Origin: Chitinophagaceae bacterium
GTDB taxonomy: Bacteria; Bacteroidota; Bacteroidia; Chitinophagales; Chitinophagaceae
Length of the DNA: 37,341 nt
Assembly (NCBI GenBank): GCA_046595095.1
Contig: JBKJPO010000237.1
Span: 1 to 37,341, forward strand
Reading direction: 5' to 3'
Made by a program: the position numbers and the translations under genes. A model generated the notes under the pieces. The model made no database searches. It worked only from the letters and a program-made list of their open reading frames with translations, and was not told the origin of the DNA. This document shows positions 37,191 to 37,341 of this stretch, in pieces. The number at the start of each line of letters is the position of its first letter. Positions within the stretch are counted from its first letter, which is position 1.

Positions 37191-37341
37191 ATGAGAACAA
37201 TTCTAACTTTCGGATTATTGATTGCAGCATTCACAGGCTTCGCCCAGATCAAACCAGCTGTGAAAGGTACAACTTATGGTGAGGGTGCCAAAGCAAAAGG
37301 TGCGATCAGCATTTCGATGCTGGAAGAAAAGCTTGCTTCAG
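37191..37341 (+). CDS. Partial secreted protein, DUF4920-like N-terminus
   Basis: MRTILTFGLLIAAFTGFAQIKPAVKGTTYGEGAKAKGAISISML..., open to the window end; signal peptide. Confidence 0.6.
   Translation, partial: MRTILTFGLLIAAFTGFAQIKPAVKGTTYGEGAKAKGAISISMLEEKLAS

Overview
AT-rich Bacteroidota chromosome segment (probably Chitinophagaceae-like, judged from gene content and many TAnnTTTG -7 promoter elements). It is mostly core genome and appears to contain the replication origin. A DnaA-box cluster with a recognisable basal unwinding module (tandem boxes, GC spacer, DnaA-trios, AT-rich tract) lies between nadA and a SurA/PpiD-type chaperone gene (about 17925-18545), and two parS palindromes lie at the ybeY/mnmG junction. 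Housekeeping genes include mnmG, ybeY, nadD, asnS, rho, mnmH(selU)-selD, nadA, corA, kdsB, dnaN, recX, thiL, an inositol monophosphatase and recA. The most interesting accessory module is 2090-5126: the two arsenosugar/rSAM-selenodomain-associated transferases (TIGR04283-like GT2 and TIGR04282/DUF2064-like), a DUF547 protein, and a purine nucleoside phosphorylase with Asp at the base-specificity position. This suggests a candidate route for the uncharacterised late steps of arsenosugar assembly. Other notable items: kdnB next to kdsB without kdnA, CTAA-N5-TTAG boxes upstream of recA, a perfect 24-bp inverted repeat whose outer arms carry the stop codons of two convergent genes, and a 9-bp tandem repeat between dnaN and recX. 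No rRNA, tRNA, CRISPR array or transposase was recognised. All family calls come from motif recognition by eye, not database searches.
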